Shown: positions 17,042 through 26,661, counted from the stretch's first letter. The stretch: DNA of 64,000 nt from a virus (IMGVR_UViG_3300031949_000024:5678-69677), one strand, 5' to 3'. Numbers and translations are program-made. Notes: generated by a model from the letters alone, not told the origin.

Positions 17042-18510
17042 GCAATAGGATCCGACTCTCCGCCGGGCAGCGCGACGCGCTGACACGACGGGGCCTCAAC
17101 CCGGACGACCTGGGCCGCATCCTCAACCGCCAGGCCGCACCGCCGGTGCCGGCCGACAACGAGCTGAAGATGACCGTCCCCACCTCGGCCGCCGAGCTCG
17201 AGGCGATGCTCGGCGACGGCAAGAAGATGCAGGCCATCTTCGGCACCCCGCACTTCGGCGAGTTCATCACCAACTACGCCCGCGTCGTGCACGAGAAGGA
17301 CCTGTCCATCGCCAACCAGGTGCAGGAGCAGGTCCAGCGGGTGCTGGCCGACTGGCTGCGCGAAAACCAGCCCGAGGGCATCGACCGTCTCGACCTGACT
17401 CCCCGTCAGGTGGTTGCCACCGGCGACGCCCGCAACCACGTCCACAACCCGCGGGCCATGGGTGCGGTCCTCGACAAGGACTTCACCGGCCCCACCGCCA
17501 GCGCCGACTACTTCGCCACCATCTGGCACATGCAGAACCGGACCGCCGACGTTCAGGCCAAGCTGCAGCGGGTCCGCAACGCATTCTCGTCCACCGTGCC
17601 GTCCGAGGGCGGGTTCCTGATCCCGGAGACGCTGCGCTCGGAACTGCTGCGGGTGTCGCTGGAGACGTCGATCGTGCGCCCCCGCGCGCGGGTCATCCCG
17701 ATGGAGACGCTGCGGGTGCCGTTCCCGGCCATCGACTCGACCAGCAACGTGTCGTCGGTGTATGGCGGCATCGTCGGCTACTGGACGGAGGAAGGCGCGG
17801 CGCTGACCGCGTCACAGGCCGCGTTCGGCCGCATCGTGTTGGATGCGAAGAAGCTGACCGCCTACACCGAGGTCCCCAACGAGCTCATCTCCGACTCGAT
17901 CGTCTCGTTCCAGGCGTTCCTGGACCAGATTTTCCCCGAGGCGTTGGGCTTCTACGAGGACGACGGTTTCATCAACGGGTCCGGTGTGGGTGAGCCGCTC
18001 GGCTGGCTCAACGCCGCCGCGGCCGTGGAGGTCACGAAGGAGTCGGGGCAGCTCGCCGACACCATCGTGTGGGAGAACATCGTCAAGGCCTACGCCCGGA
18101 TGCTGCCGTCCTCACTCGGCCGGGCAGTGTGGGTGTGCTCGATCGACACGTTCCCGCAGCTGGCCACGATGGCCCTGTCGGTGGGTACCGGCGGGTCGGC
18201 GATCTGGCTCAACAACGGTGCGGTCGGTCCGCCCATGACGATCCTCGGCCGGCCGGTGATCTTCACCGAGAAAACCCCGGTTGTCGGCGACGCGGGCGAT
18301 ATCAACTTCGTCGACCTCGGCTTCTATCTGATCGGCGACCGGCAGGTCATGAGCGCGATGTCCAGCCCGCACTTCAAATTCCAGAATGACCAGACGGCCT
18401 ATAGAATCATCGAGCGCGTTGATGGTAGGCCGTGGTTGCAAAGCGCAATCACGCCCAAGAATGGCGGCAGCACGCTCAGTCCTTTCGTGAAAATCGCGGC
18501 CAGGGCGTAA
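17038..18510 (+). CDS. Major capsid protein (HK97 fold) with N-terminal delta domain
   Basis: SEGGFLIPE, WTEEG, KKLTAY..V.NEL..DS, FINGSGVGEPLG, ILGRPV, FQNDQTAYRIIERVDG. Confidence 0.95.
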   Translation: MSNRIRLSAGQRDALTRRGLNPDDLGRILNRQAAPPVPADNELKMTVPTSAAELEAMLGDGKKMQAIFGTPHFGEFITNYARVVHEKDLSIANQVQEQVQRVLADWLRENQPEGIDRLDLTPRQVVATGDARNHVHNPRAMGAVLDKDFTGPTASADYFATIWHMQNRTADVQAKLQRVRNAFSSTVPSEGGFLIPETLRSELLRVSLETSIVRPRARVIPMETLRVPFPAIDSTSNVSSVYGGIVGYWTEEGAALTASQAAFGRIVLDAKKLTAYTEVPNELISDSIVSFQAFLDQIFPEALGFYEDDGFINGSGVGEPLGWLNAAAAVEVTKESGQLADTIVWENIVKAYARMLPSSLGRAVWVCSIDTFPQLATMALSVGTGGSAIWLNNGAVGPPMTILGRPVIFTEKTPVVGDAGDINFVDLGFYLIGDRQVMSAMSSPHFKFQNDQTAYRIIERVDGRPWLQSAITPKNGGSTLSPFVKIAARA

Positions 18511-18520
18511 GAAATAGCCA

Positions 18521-18551
18521 ACCCCGGTCGGCAATCAACCCCCGGCCGGGG
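18521..18551 (+). terminator. GC-rich hairpin after the capsid gene
   Basis: CCCCGGTCGG...CCGGCCGGGG inverted repeat; no U-tract. Confidence 0.45.
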
Positions 18552-18602
18552 CCAATTCGGAAGAGCGGCACTTAGAAACCCCGCTCGGAGAGGCAGTAAA
18601 CC

Positions 18603-19025
18603 ATGGAGGCCCTAGGCCGACTGTTCGACATCGTCCCCGTCGCGGACGCTGTGTTCATCAACGTCAAGGACTGTGGCGGGATCACGTTCGTCGGGGTCCT
18701 CGCGGCCGGCGACACGTGGACCCTGCAGGAGGCCGACGCAGCGTCGGGCGGCACCGAACAGGATCTTGTCGTCATCGACCACTCCTACGTGCAGACCACC
18801 GGTGCCGGTGCTGACACGTGGACCAAGCTCACTCAGACGGCGGCCGCGACCGAGGTCACCTCGTCGGCGCAGGATGCGGTGGTCATTCACGTCGACGTGG
18901 AGGAGCTGTCGGACGGTTTCAAGTTCCTGAAGCTGACCTCGACGTCCACGGGCACGGTGACGGCGATCCTGACTGATCTGAAGGTTCAGCGGGCGGCGGC
19001 CAACCTGCCCGCCCGAGGCGTGTGA
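18603..19025 (+). CDS. Virion accessory (head decoration-like) protein
   Basis: GGAGAGG SD; beta-rich; directly after the capsid gene. Confidence 0.6.
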   Translation: MEALGRLFDIVPVADAVFINVKDCGGITFVGVLAAGDTWTLQEADAASGGTEQDLVVIDHSYVQTTGAGADTWTKLTQTAAATEVTSSAQDAVVIHVDVEELSDGFKFLKLTSTSTGTVTAILTDLKVQRAAANLPARGV

Positions 19026-19116
19026 CCTAACCGATCGTGTAAAGCAAGACCCCCCCCTGCGGCGAAAGACGCAGGGGGGCTTCAACAAGGGTTGAAACCC
19101 CGAAAAGGAGATCCGC

Positions 19117-20067
19117 ATGGCATCGACCCAGGCCAGGTTTTCGGCCTTGTTTTCCCGCAGGACCCCCGGCGGGGTCTACACGATCGCCGACATCGAGCAG
19201 GCGCCCGGCGATGTGTGGTTCGTGGACGGCGCCACCGGCTCTGACGCGGCCGGCTACGGCCGCACTCCCGACGCACCGTTCGACACCCTGTCGTACGCGT
19301 TCAGCTCGGACAGTGTGACCTCTGGCGATGTGGTGTATCTGATGCCCGGCCACACCGAGACCATCGGCGCAGCGGGCAGCATCGCCATGGACATTGCTGG
19401 TGTGCGGGTTGTGGGACTCGGTAAGGGCTCGTCCCGGCCGACGTTCACGTGGTCGGCGACCGGGTCGACGTGGACGATCGCGGGCGCGAACTGCACGGTC
19501 GACAACGTCCTGTGCACCACGACTGGCGTCATCAACGTCACCGCCGGGATTCTGGTCACCGGCGCGGATGTGTCGATCCTCAACGTGGAGGGCCGTGATG
19601 GTGCGGCTGATTCGCAGTTCATCGACTTCCTTGGCTTCGGCACCGGCGCGGCCCGCGGTCTGGTGAAGGCGTTCCGGTTCCTCGGGCATGCCACCGGTGA
19701 CGCGAACGCGTCGGCGTGCCAGGTGACCGCGGTGGTGGACCAGTTCCGGGTGGAGGACTTCTGGGCGATCGGCCTGTTCGCGGCGGCCGGTTTGGAGACC
19801 ACGGCCGCCAACACGAACATGCTCGCCAAAGGCGTTTACGTGGAGCAGTTGCATGCCACGACAGACGCCGGGGTGACCCTGAACGCGTCAACGACCGGCC
19901 TGATGATCGACTGCTATGTCAAGTCGGCGACGAACGACGCCGCCGGCTACACCGCCGCACTCGTCGGCGCCGCGGTGGGCTGGTACAACCCGCGCGTCGT
20001 CAACCTGGCAGGCGAGCAGGGTGGTCTCACCAGCACCACCTGGGGCGTTGCATCGGCTGCGGCATGA
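19117..20067 (+). CDS. Beta-helix (pectin-lyase-like) virion protein
   Basis: WFVDGATGSD..GRTPDAPFDTL opening motif; periodic G-D/N-V-T-I-xN repeats. Confidence 0.6.
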   Translation: MASTQARFSALFSRRTPGGVYTIADIEQAPGDVWFVDGATGSDAAGYGRTPDAPFDTLSYAFSSDSVTSGDVVYLMPGHTETIGAAGSIAMDIAGVRVVGLGKGSSRPTFTWSATGSTWTIAGANCTVDNVLCTTTGVINVTAGILVTGADVSILNVEGRDGAADSQFIDFLGFGTGAARGLVKAFRFLGHATGDANASACQVTAVVDQFRVEDFWAIGLFAAAGLETTAANTNMLAKGVYVEQLHATTDAGVTLNASTTGLMIDCYVKSATNDAAGYTAALVGAAVGWYNPRVVNLAGEQGGLTSTTWGVASAAA

Positions 20068-20534
20068 GCGCGATCATTCAGGGCGACGAGCTTCGTACCC
20101 TTCTCCTCGGCCGCACCGCGTCCAAGTCGATCACCCTCGCGGGTGCGGCGACACATCAGGTGTTCACCGTGACCGTCGGCGACGTGCTGATCACAGCACT
20201 GTGGGGCAAGTGCACCACCACCATGGCCGGGACCAACACGGTCCAACTCCAGATGGACCCAACCACAGGCGACACCACCACCTGGACGCAGGCCGACGAC
20301 CTCGGCTCGACCAACACCGAAGCCGGAACGCTGCTGATGTTCCAGATCGACGTCGACGACACGGTGAACACGCCGCATGTTGTCAAGGGCGCCGGCAACG
20401 TCCTGGCGGGTGTGGCGGCGCCGATCGGTGACGTTGAGTGCGTTGTCACCGGTGCCGGCGCTGACGGTGTCATCGCCTGGTACTGCACGTGGATCCCGCT
20501 GTCCGACGGTGCGGTATTGACGGCGGCGGCGTAG
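20064..20534 (+). CDS. Beta-rich virion accessory protein
   Basis: ATGA coupling; Thr/Gly/Val-rich. Confidence 0.6.
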   Translation: MSAIIQGDELRTLLLGRTASKSITLAGAATHQVFTVTVGDVLITALWGKCTTTMAGTNTVQLQMDPTTGDTTTWTQADDLGSTNTEAGTLLMFQIDVDDTVNTPHVVKGAGNVLAGVAAPIGDVECVVTGAGADGVIAWYCTWIPLSDGAVLTAAA

Positions 20535-20536
20535 CC

Positions 20537-20764
20537 GTGGCCACGATGGCTGAGGTTCTGCGCGCGCGGGGAAAGCTCGGCCCCTACGGACCCCCGCCAG
20601 CACCGGAGCTCGACGATGACGTTCCGGTGGTGGTGGGGGATGTGGACCGGGCGGCGGTGCGGGAGTGGGCCGCCACCATCGGGGTTGAGGTGGCCTCCCG
20701 TGGCCCGATACCGGCAGCGGTGCTGGAGCAGTACCGCAACCAGACTCCAGGCGCGGCGACGTAG
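20537..20764 (+). CDS. Protein with an Lsr2-type C-terminal DNA-binding domain
   Basis: AVREWAATIGVEVASRGPIPAAVLEQY matches the Lsr2 DBD consensus (IREWA..NG..VS.RGRIP..V..AY). Confidence 0.8.
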   Translation: MATMAEVLRARGKLGPYGPPPAPELDDDVPVVVGDVDRAAVREWAATIGVEVASRGPIPAAVLEQYRNQTPGAAT

Positions 20765-20782
20765 GACCGAGGGGGCGCCAGC

Positions 20783-22237
20783 TTGTCCTGGTTGTTTCCC
20801 AACGCCGACACGTACGCCGAGGTCGGCGCTGTGGGGGCGTTGCCGCAGAACGGCGACCCAATCTCCGTGTGGTGGATGATCCGGCCGAGCATAGCGACCG
20901 ACTTTGGCACCTACGTCGGGCTGGAGGCGGGCGCGAACCGGATCGGTCTGCTCGCCGTCGTCAGCAAGTACTTCACCGTCAACGACGGCACCGGCGGGCC
21001 TGTGCCGGTGGTCGACGAATGGCAGGTCATCGGCTACGACGACCAAGGCGGCGGCACGGTCCGCTGGCACCATTGCACCGACCCGACCGGCACCACCTGG
21101 GCGCATTCGGACGGCACGGCCGGCGGTGACCGGGCCGGTGTCGTCGACGTGCTGAGGCTGGGCATCGGCCCGGACGGGTTCCGCATGCGGGGTCACATCG
21201 CCGCGGGTTGTGCGGCTGCCGGACGGCTCGGCGACGCCGGGTTTGAGGCCCTCGGTGTGACGTCGATGGCCGCATGGGTGGCTGCCGCGGACTTGGCCTG
21301 GCAGTTCAACGTGGCCGTCGGTTCCACGGCACTCACGGACCTGACCGGCGGCGGCGCCAACCAGACGTCGCTGACCGGCACACCGACGCTGGACACAGGC
21401 CAGGAACCGCCGGGCTGGACGTACTACCCAACCACCACACCAGGAAGGCGTCGGCGAGTGACCACCTATGTCCGCGGCACGCAGGGCCGGCTGAACGACA
21501 TCATGACCACGCTGGGCACGACCACGCCGTCACTGTGGCCGTGCTGGGAGCCGACCGGTGTGCTGGTGACCGGCATTTCGGTTGGTGACCTGATCCCGTC
21601 CGAGACGGCCGGTGCGGCCGAGGCGCTGGAGGACGACTTCGCGCCCGAACTCCTGCCGTGCGGCCTGTACAGCTACCACTTCCACCCGACCGGGGACCAT
21701 CATTTCGCCGGCATCGACCACGCCAACTTCACGTTCGGAAACGGCACCGTCGACACGCCGTTCTCCGTCGGGGCATGGATCCGACCCAACGCCATCGTCT
21801 CCAACACGATCGTCGCCAAATATTCGGCGACGGTGCGGGAGTGGCGGTTCTGGATCGACGCCGACGGCAAACTGGACCTCGAACTGTACGACGAGTCGGC
21901 CGACACGACCGAGATCGCCGCCTCGACCGCGGCGCTGACGGCCGGGCAGTGGCAGTGGGTGGTCGCCACCTACGACGGTGGGGAAACGGCACCGGTGGTG
22001 AACCTGTATGTAAACGCCAGCCTCGCCAACGACGGCACCACCGCGGAGACGGGTCTCTATGTGGCGATGGAGGACACGGCCACACCGTTGACGGTCGGCT
22101 GTTCGGGTGTGACGGCCACGCCGGTCAACGAGTTCCACGGCCGGATCGCGTTGCCGTTCATCACCGGAAAGGCGTTGTCGGCGGCCGAGGTGACCACCTT
22201 GTACGGGTACATGGCGCCGATGGTGGGACTGGTCTGA
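20783..22237 (+). CDS. Concanavalin A/LamG-domain virion protein (two domains)
   Basis: FSVGAWIRP, WQWVVATYDG, NLYVNA, FHGRIA...ALSAAEV are LamG-type motifs. Confidence 0.75.
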   Translation: MSWLFPNADTYAEVGAVGALPQNGDPISVWWMIRPSIATDFGTYVGLEAGANRIGLLAVVSKYFTVNDGTGGPVPVVDEWQVIGYDDQGGGTVRWHHCTDPTGTTWAHSDGTAGGDRAGVVDVLRLGIGPDGFRMRGHIAAGCAAAGRLGDAGFEALGVTSMAAWVAAADLAWQFNVAVGSTALTDLTGGGANQTSLTGTPTLDTGQEPPGWTYYPTTTPGRRRRVTTYVRGTQGRLNDIMTTLGTTTPSLWPCWEPTGVLVTGISVGDLIPSETAGAAEALEDDFAPELLPCGLYSYHFHPTGDHHFAGIDHANFTFGNGTVDTPFSVGAWIRPNAIVSNTIVAKYSATVREWRFWIDADGKLDLELYDESADTTEIAASTAALTAGQWQWVVATYDGGETAPVVNLYVNASLANDGTTAETGLYVAMEDTATPLTVGCSGVTATPVNEFHGRIALPFITGKALSAAEVTTLYGYMAPMVGLV

Positions 22238-22267
22238 GACTGCGGGCACGGAAGGCGGTGGGCGGCC

Positions 22268-22441
22268 ATTTCCTGGTATCAGTATTTCGACATCATCCGA
22301 GAGTCCGCCGACGACCTTCGAGCCGAGCGGACCAGACGGCCCGAGGCCTGCCCTCAGGATGGGGAGCCTTTGACGGCTGGACCGGACGGCACCCTATTTT
22401 GCCGGTTCGACGGCTGGGTCTGGGATGGGGTCAACCGGTAA
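22268..22441 (+). CDS. Small conserved-type actinophage protein (SWYQ...ACPQDGEPL...FCRFDGW) with a probable ATT start
   Basis: Reading frame clearly protein-like; no in-frame ATG/GTG/TTG after the stop at 22237. Confidence 0.6.
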   Translation: MSWYQYFDIIRESADDLRAERTRRPEACPQDGEPLTAGPDGTLFCRFDGWVWDGVNR

Positions 22442-22582
22442 CTGTTGTGGTTCGGCTGCTGCGCGCTGCGGCCCGCGATGAACGCGGCACAGATCTTCCC
22501 CCGACCATCGCGTACCGCGCGGACACTGCTCCCCGCTGGGGCGGACAACGCCTGAACAACGCTTCCTCATTGGGAGAACTCC

Positions 22583-22924
22583 TTAGGCCGCGTTGCTGCG
22601 GCGGAAGATGAGCATGCGCAGCGCGGCCCGCGCGATGGTGCCTTGTAGGACGCGGTCGTCGAGCCATCCGAGGATGGCCGGGTCTGGGCGGAACCATTCG
22701 CTGCCGATGATGCGGTGCCGCGCCCACATGCGGTGGTGCTCGCGCTCATCCTCGACGGTGCCGGGCAGTGACCAGAGCATGGTTAGTTTGAGCTCGCCGC
22801 CTCGGCGGCGCGGTGAGGCGCTGTAGCCGATTTTGATGTTGTTGCCGTCGGTGCCGTAGTAGATGAAGCCGGTCGCGGTGGTCGGGCCGGTCGGCGGGAA
22901 CAGGGCGAGTTGGGTCGGGGTCAC
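22583..22924 (-). CDS. T5orf172/GIY-YIG-like domain protein
   Basis: FIYYG...IKIGYS.SP.RR...E.EHH..W..HRIIGSEWF. Confidence 0.75.
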   Translation of the reverse strand: MTPTQLALFPPTGPTTATGFIYYGTDGNNIKIGYSASPRRRGGELKLTMLWSLPGTVEDEREHHRMWARHRIIGSEWFRPDPAILGWLDDRVLQGTIARAALRMLIFRRSNAA

Positions 22925-23337
22925 TTATCCTCCTGCTGCGGAGCGTGGTTGTAGATGCGCGCGCCGAGGGCATCTGCGCGTGCGGCGAAGGCTTCCATTG
23001 CACCCTCGAGGTATTCGGTTGAGAACCGGGTATGGGCCGCCGGGGTTCGGTCTTCCGCCCCGCCAGCCGAAACCCCATAGGTGGTTGACATCACCGTCTC
23101 GATGAGGCCAGGCATGGCTGCCAGGAACTCACTGACCAACGTGTGCGTCACCTGCTGCACCTGCTTCATGAGGCGCCAATCCTCAGCGCTGGCACCGAAC
23201 GATCGTGCCTCGATCTGGTCGGCGAGCATGAGCCGGATGGTCTCCGAGCGCGTCCGGCGCTCCTGCGCCGCGATCCGGTCGATTGCCTCAATTTGATGCT
23301 CACTGAGGCGAATCCCGATCTTCTCTCTTTCGACCAT
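22921..23337 (-). CDS. RHH-domain protein, probably leaderless
   Basis: KIGIRLSEHQIEAIDRIAAQERRTRSETIRLML; TACAGT -10 box (23349-23344) lies 7 nt before the ATG; palindrome CCCCAA-A-TTGGGG at 23350-23362. Confidence 0.65.
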   Translation of the reverse strand: MVEREKIGIRLSEHQIEAIDRIAAQERRTRSETIRLMLADQIEARSFGASAEDWRLMKQVQQVTHTLVSEFLAAMPGLIETVMSTTYGVSAGGAEDRTPAAHTRFSTEYLEGAMEAFAARADALGARIYNHAPQQEDK

Positions 23338-23398
23338 GGGCGCACTGTACCCCAAATTGGGGACGCTGGGCCACAGGCGACCACAGAGGTAGGGGGGG

Positions 23399-24466
23399 AT
23401 GATGGCCACCCCCGTGTTCTACGCGACCCGCGAAGATGTCAAACGGGCGTTGGACTCCAAGCACACCGCGCGTGACAGCGCCCAGGTTGACCGCGCGCTC
23501 GAGGCGGCCACCAAGGCCATCGAAAGTCTCTGCCATCGGCGGTTCTATCCGTGGACCGGCACCCGGTACGCGGACTGGCCCAACTGGCAGTACGCTCGCC
23601 CGTGGCGGCTGTGGCTCGACGCCAACGAGCTCATCTCACTGACCACATTGGTGGCCGGCGGCACCACCATCGCAGCCGCCGACTACTTCCTGCGCCGCGG
23701 CGACGACATCGACGAACCCCCGTACACGTACATCGAAATCGACCTCGCGTCGTCGTCGGCGTTCGCGTCCGGCTCGACGCATCAGCGGCAGATCGTCATG
23801 ACGGGCGTGTTCGGCCACTCCGCCGACGAAGCCCCCGCCGGGGTGCTCGCTGAGGCGTTGGACGCATCCGAGACCGGCGTCGACGTCACCGACTCGTCCG
23901 CCATCGGCGTCGGCAGCATCATCAAAGTCGAGTCCGAGCGGATGATCGTCACCGCACGGTCCATGCTCGACACCGGCGTCAACATCGACGCCGGCGACAG
24001 CCTCACCGCAGCCGCCAACGACGTGTCCATCACCATGTCCACCACCACCAACGCACCCACCGTCGACGAAATCATCCTCATCGACTCCGAACGGATGCTC
24101 GTCGTTGACGTGGCCGGCTCGGTCCTCACCGTAAAACGCGCCTGGGACGGGTCTGTGCTCGCCACCCACGCCGCGGCTGCCGACATCTACGCCCCCCGCA
24201 CGTTGACCGTCGTGCGGGGCGAGCTCGGCACCACCGCCGCCACCCACTCCACCGCGCTCACCGTGAACCGGCATGTGGTGCCCGGCCTGGTGCGGGACCT
24301 GGCCATCGCCGAAGCCATGTCCACGTTGCTGCAAGAGGGCTCTGGCTATGCGCGTACGGCCGGGTCGGGCGAAAACGAACGTGAGGTGTCCGGCCGGGGC
24401 ATCAAAGGCCTACGCGACGACGCGTACTGGACGCACGGGCGCAAGGCGCGGAAGAGCGCGATCTAG
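23399..24466 (+). CDS. Head-tail adaptor-like protein with inserted beta domains
   Basis: YATREDVKRAL...LEAATKAIESLCHRRF N-terminus; LVRDLAIAEA C-terminus; position before the neck genes. Confidence 0.65.
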   Translation: MMATPVFYATREDVKRALDSKHTARDSAQVDRALEAATKAIESLCHRRFYPWTGTRYADWPNWQYARPWRLWLDANELISLTTLVAGGTTIAAADYFLRRGDDIDEPPYTYIEIDLASSSAFASGSTHQRQIVMTGVFGHSADEAPAGVLAEALDASETGVDVTDSSAIGVGSIIKVESERMIVTARSMLDTGVNIDAGDSLTAAANDVSITMSTTTNAPTVDEIILIDSERMLVVDVAGSVLTVKRAWDGSVLATHAAAADIYAPRTLTVVRGELGTTAATHSTALTVNRHVVPGLVRDLAIAEAMSTLLQEGSGYARTAGSGENEREVSGRGIKGLRDDAYWTHGRKARKSAI

Positions 24467-24976
24467 ATGACCAGCCCGGTCGACGTCTCCAACGCACCAG
24501 TCCGCACCCCGGCCGACTACGGCAAGCCCGGCATGCAGGGCACCGGATTCCAACCGGGCATGAACCGGCAAAACCCGGCCAGCAACCTCGGCTCACACCT
24601 CGGCGGGCTGCACCTCGAGGTCGCCATCGGCGGCCCGCTGTTCGACGGCATGGCCGCGGCAGCCATGGCCGGCATGGTCGACGAGATGCAGTACGTGGTC
24701 GCGTCGCAGGGCCTGGCCAACGTGCAGATGTTCCTGGACCGGTCCATTCAGCATCCGACGCCGTACTACGAGACACAGGTGACGGTGCAGCGCATGGCCG
24801 AGGACGTGGTGGTCCACGACCGGGGGATCGTGTATGGGCCGTGGTTGGAAACCGGAAGATCCACTACGCGCTTCCGCGGCTACCACTCGTTCCGCCGTGC
24901 CGTTGACCAGTTGCGCGGGCAGATTCCGCAACTCATCGGCCACGTCGCAGCCCGCTGGGTGGGAAGGATCAACTGA
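24467..24976 (+). CDS. Neck protein (HK97 gp10-like)
   Basis: VYGPWLETG...F.GYHSFRRA motif; synteny. Confidence 0.55.
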   Translation: MTSPVDVSNAPVRTPADYGKPGMQGTGFQPGMNRQNPASNLGSHLGGLHLEVAIGGPLFDGMAAAAMAGMVDEMQYVVASQGLANVQMFLDRSIQHPTPYYETQVTVQRMAEDVVVHDRGIVYGPWLETGRSTTRFRGYHSFRRAVDQLRGQIPQLIGHVAARWVGRIN

Positions 24977-25432
24977 ATGGACGTCCTCGCCGTCATCTCT
25001 GCGCTCGAGTCGCACGCCGCCGGGTCTGGCCAGATCGAGCGGGTCAATGCCCATGAAGTTGTCAGCCAACCCGGCAGCGGCATCTCAGCCGCGATCTGGC
25101 CCCAGCGCCTCACACCGGCCACCGGCAAGTCCGGTCTGGCGTCGACGAGCATCCGGGTCGAGTTCACCGTCCGGCTCATGTCCTCCGCCCTGCAGCAACC
25201 GCAGGACGGTATCGACCCGGCAATGATCGACGCCGCCGCCACACTGATGACCGCCTACTCGGGCGACTTCACCCTCGGCGGGCTGGTGCGCGACGTGGAC
25301 CTGCTCGGCCATTCGGGCACGCCGCTGTCGTGGAACGCCGGCTACCTCAAACTCACCGACGGCGGCACGTCGCGGGTCATCGACCTGACCGTGCCACTCA
25401 TCCTCAACGACCAGTTCGACCAAGCGCCGTAG
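24977..25432 (+). CDS. Tail terminator/completion-like protein
   Basis: Synteny; YSGDFTLGG.VR.VDLLG motif. Confidence 0.5.
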   Translation: MDVLAVISALESHAAGSGQIERVNAHEVVSQPGSGISAAIWPQRLTPATGKSGLASTSIRVEFTVRLMSSALQQPQDGIDPAMIDAAATLMTAYSGDFTLGGLVRDVDLLGHSGTPLSWNAGYLKLTDGGTSRVIDLTVPLILNDQFDQAP

Positions 25433-25441
25433 GAGGTTGCC

Positions 25442-26188
25442 GTGAGCAAGACCGCGGGCATGGGTGACCGGCTGTACCTGGCCGGCTACGACCTCAGCGG
25501 GGATGTTGGCAGCATTTCCCGCATCGCCGGCGGCCCCCGACCCCTCGGCGTCACCGGCATCAACAAGGAAGCCCAGGAACGCTTGGGCGGCATCCGCGAT
25601 GGCGGCCTCGACTTCATGTCCTTCTTCAACCCGGCCGCCGCACAGGCCCACGCCCGGCTGTCGCCGCTGCCCACCACCAACGTCCTCGGCACCTACCTGC
25701 GCGGCACCACCATCGGCAACCCGGCCGCATCGTGCGTCGCCAAGCAGGTCAACTACGACCCGAACCGCGGCAACGACGGATCCCTCACCATGGGCGTCCA
25801 GTTGGTGTCCAACGGCTTCGGTATCGAATGGGGCGACCAGCTCACCGCCGGCGCCCGCACCGACACCGGCGCGACCGCAGGCACCGCGGTCGACTTCACC
25901 GCCGGATCGTCGTTCGGACTGCAGGCCTACCTGCAGGTGACCGCCTTCTCCGGCACCGACGTGACCATCACCATCCAGGAGTCGTCCAACAACGGCGCCG
26001 ACGCATACGCCGATGTTGTCGGCGGCGCATTCGCCTCAGTCACCGGTATCACGTCGGAACGGATCGCCACCGCAACCAACCTTGCGGTCGAGCGGTACCT
26101 GAAGGTCACCACCAGCACCACGGGCGGGTTCACGTCGGTCACGCTCGTCGTAATGGTCGTACGAAACGGGGCGGTGCCAACCTTCTGA
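25442..26188 (+). CDS. Tail tube/major tail-like protein
   Basis: MSKTAGMGD...DLSGD...VTGINK.A.ER..G..DG; synteny. Confidence 0.6.
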   Translation: MSKTAGMGDRLYLAGYDLSGDVGSISRIAGGPRPLGVTGINKEAQERLGGIRDGGLDFMSFFNPAAAQAHARLSPLPTTNVLGTYLRGTTIGNPAASCVAKQVNYDPNRGNDGSLTMGVQLVSNGFGIEWGDQLTAGARTDTGATAGTAVDFTAGSSFGLQAYLQVTAFSGTDVTITIQESSNNGADAYADVVGGAFASVTGITSERIATATNLAVERYLKVTTSTTGGFTSVTLVVMVVRNGAVPTF

Positions 26189-26661
26189 TGCTGAACCGAA
26201 TCCAGCCTGCCGGGCCGGTGCAGGCGTACAAGACGTACGAGATCGCCTCCCCGATCACCACCCACTACCGCGACGGCACCTGCGAAGAGGCCGGCTGCCT
26301 CGCACATCGGAACGGGTGGAGCTCCACACCCGACCCCGCCAAGATTCTGCAGAAACTCCCACACCTCACCCCCGCCCAGGCCGTGGCCATGGCCGAGCAG
26401 CAGACCCACTACATCCGCAAACTGTCCGGCCGCCGGTTCACCGAACGGCTTGCCGAATCCGGGTTGGCGGAGTTCACCTTCGAGGCCGGGCAGCAGTGCT
26501 TCGAAACCCACAAGGTGCCGTTGGAGCGGCCCGAGTTTTATGTGGTGCGCTCCGGCGACTGGCGCCAGCTGGGCCGGCCGCAGATGCACAGCGGGCCGGA
26601 CGCCTGGGTAAATGACTTCGCCGAACATCAAGATCAGATCGCGCGGGTCGTCAACGGATAG
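26188..26661 (+). CDS. Conserved-type hypothetical tail-region protein
   Basis: TGATG coupling; CEEAGC...FEAGQQCF..H. Confidence 0.6.
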   Translation: MLNRIQPAGPVQAYKTYEIASPITTHYRDGTCEEAGCLAHRNGWSSTPDPAKILQKLPHLTPAQAVAMAEQQTHYIRKLSGRRFTERLAESGLAEFTFEAGQQCFETHKVPLERPEFYVVRSGDWRQLGRPQMHSGPDAWVNDFAEHQDQIARVVNG

